Shown here piece by piece: positions 63,939 through 64,000 of a stretch of DNA of 64,000 nt (position 1 is the first letter of the stretch; each line of letters opens with the position of its first letter). The notes beneath the pieces are model-generated. The model was not told the DNA's origin, did not search any database, and saw only the letters and a program-made list of their open reading frames with translations. The stretch lies in assembly GCA_964234715.1 (NCBI GenBank), contig OZ174282.1, one strand, 5' to 3'. The position numbers were made by a program, and so were the translations under genes. Origin of the DNA: Podarcis melisellensis (lineage: Eukaryota).

Positions 63939-64000
63939 ATGTCCGCATCGGACCGGGTAGTGGTGGTGCTTGGCGGAGCTGGCACGGTGGGCTCTGGCAT
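63939..64000 (+). CDS. 5' end of an uncharacterised SDR-like / NAD(P)-binding Rossmann-fold protein; runs off the window
   Basis: ttgccag|G ATG TCC GCA TCG GAC CGG GTA GTG GTG GTG CTT GGC GGA GCT GGC ACG GTG GGC TCT GGC AT = MSASDRVVVVLGGAGTVGSG(I/M): a hydrophobic beta strand followed by GxxGxxG; locally CpG-rich. Confidence 0.7.
   Translation, partial: MSASDRVVVVLGGAGTVGSG

Overview
Vertebrate nuclear DNA from a squamate reptile; the Sauria SINE, BovB and Penelope repeat content suggests a lacertid-type lizard (inference). Gene order matches the conserved block known from human 16q24.2. It contains the 3' part of ZCCHC14 (+, 11 coding exons, 6630-18072), MAP1LC3B (-, 4 exons, 28134-23329) converging on it, an elongator tRNA-Met(CAT) (33398-33470), and FBXO31 (+, 9 core exons, 34671-57511) plus an 87-nt in-frame cassette exon at 46912-46998. 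The last 62 nt start a further ORF with a Rossmann-fold glycine motif (MSASDRVVVVLGGAGTVGSG), an SDR-like gene the ORF track misses. Introns hold BovB, L1, L2, CR1, SINEs and hAT/Tc1-mariner MITEs. They also hold Penelope-like terminal fragments: one keeps a nearly intact minimal hammerhead ribozyme in sense orientation in FBXO31 intron 1, and another forms a perfect 47-bp inverted repeat. All calls were made by eye and from remembered homologues; no searches were run.
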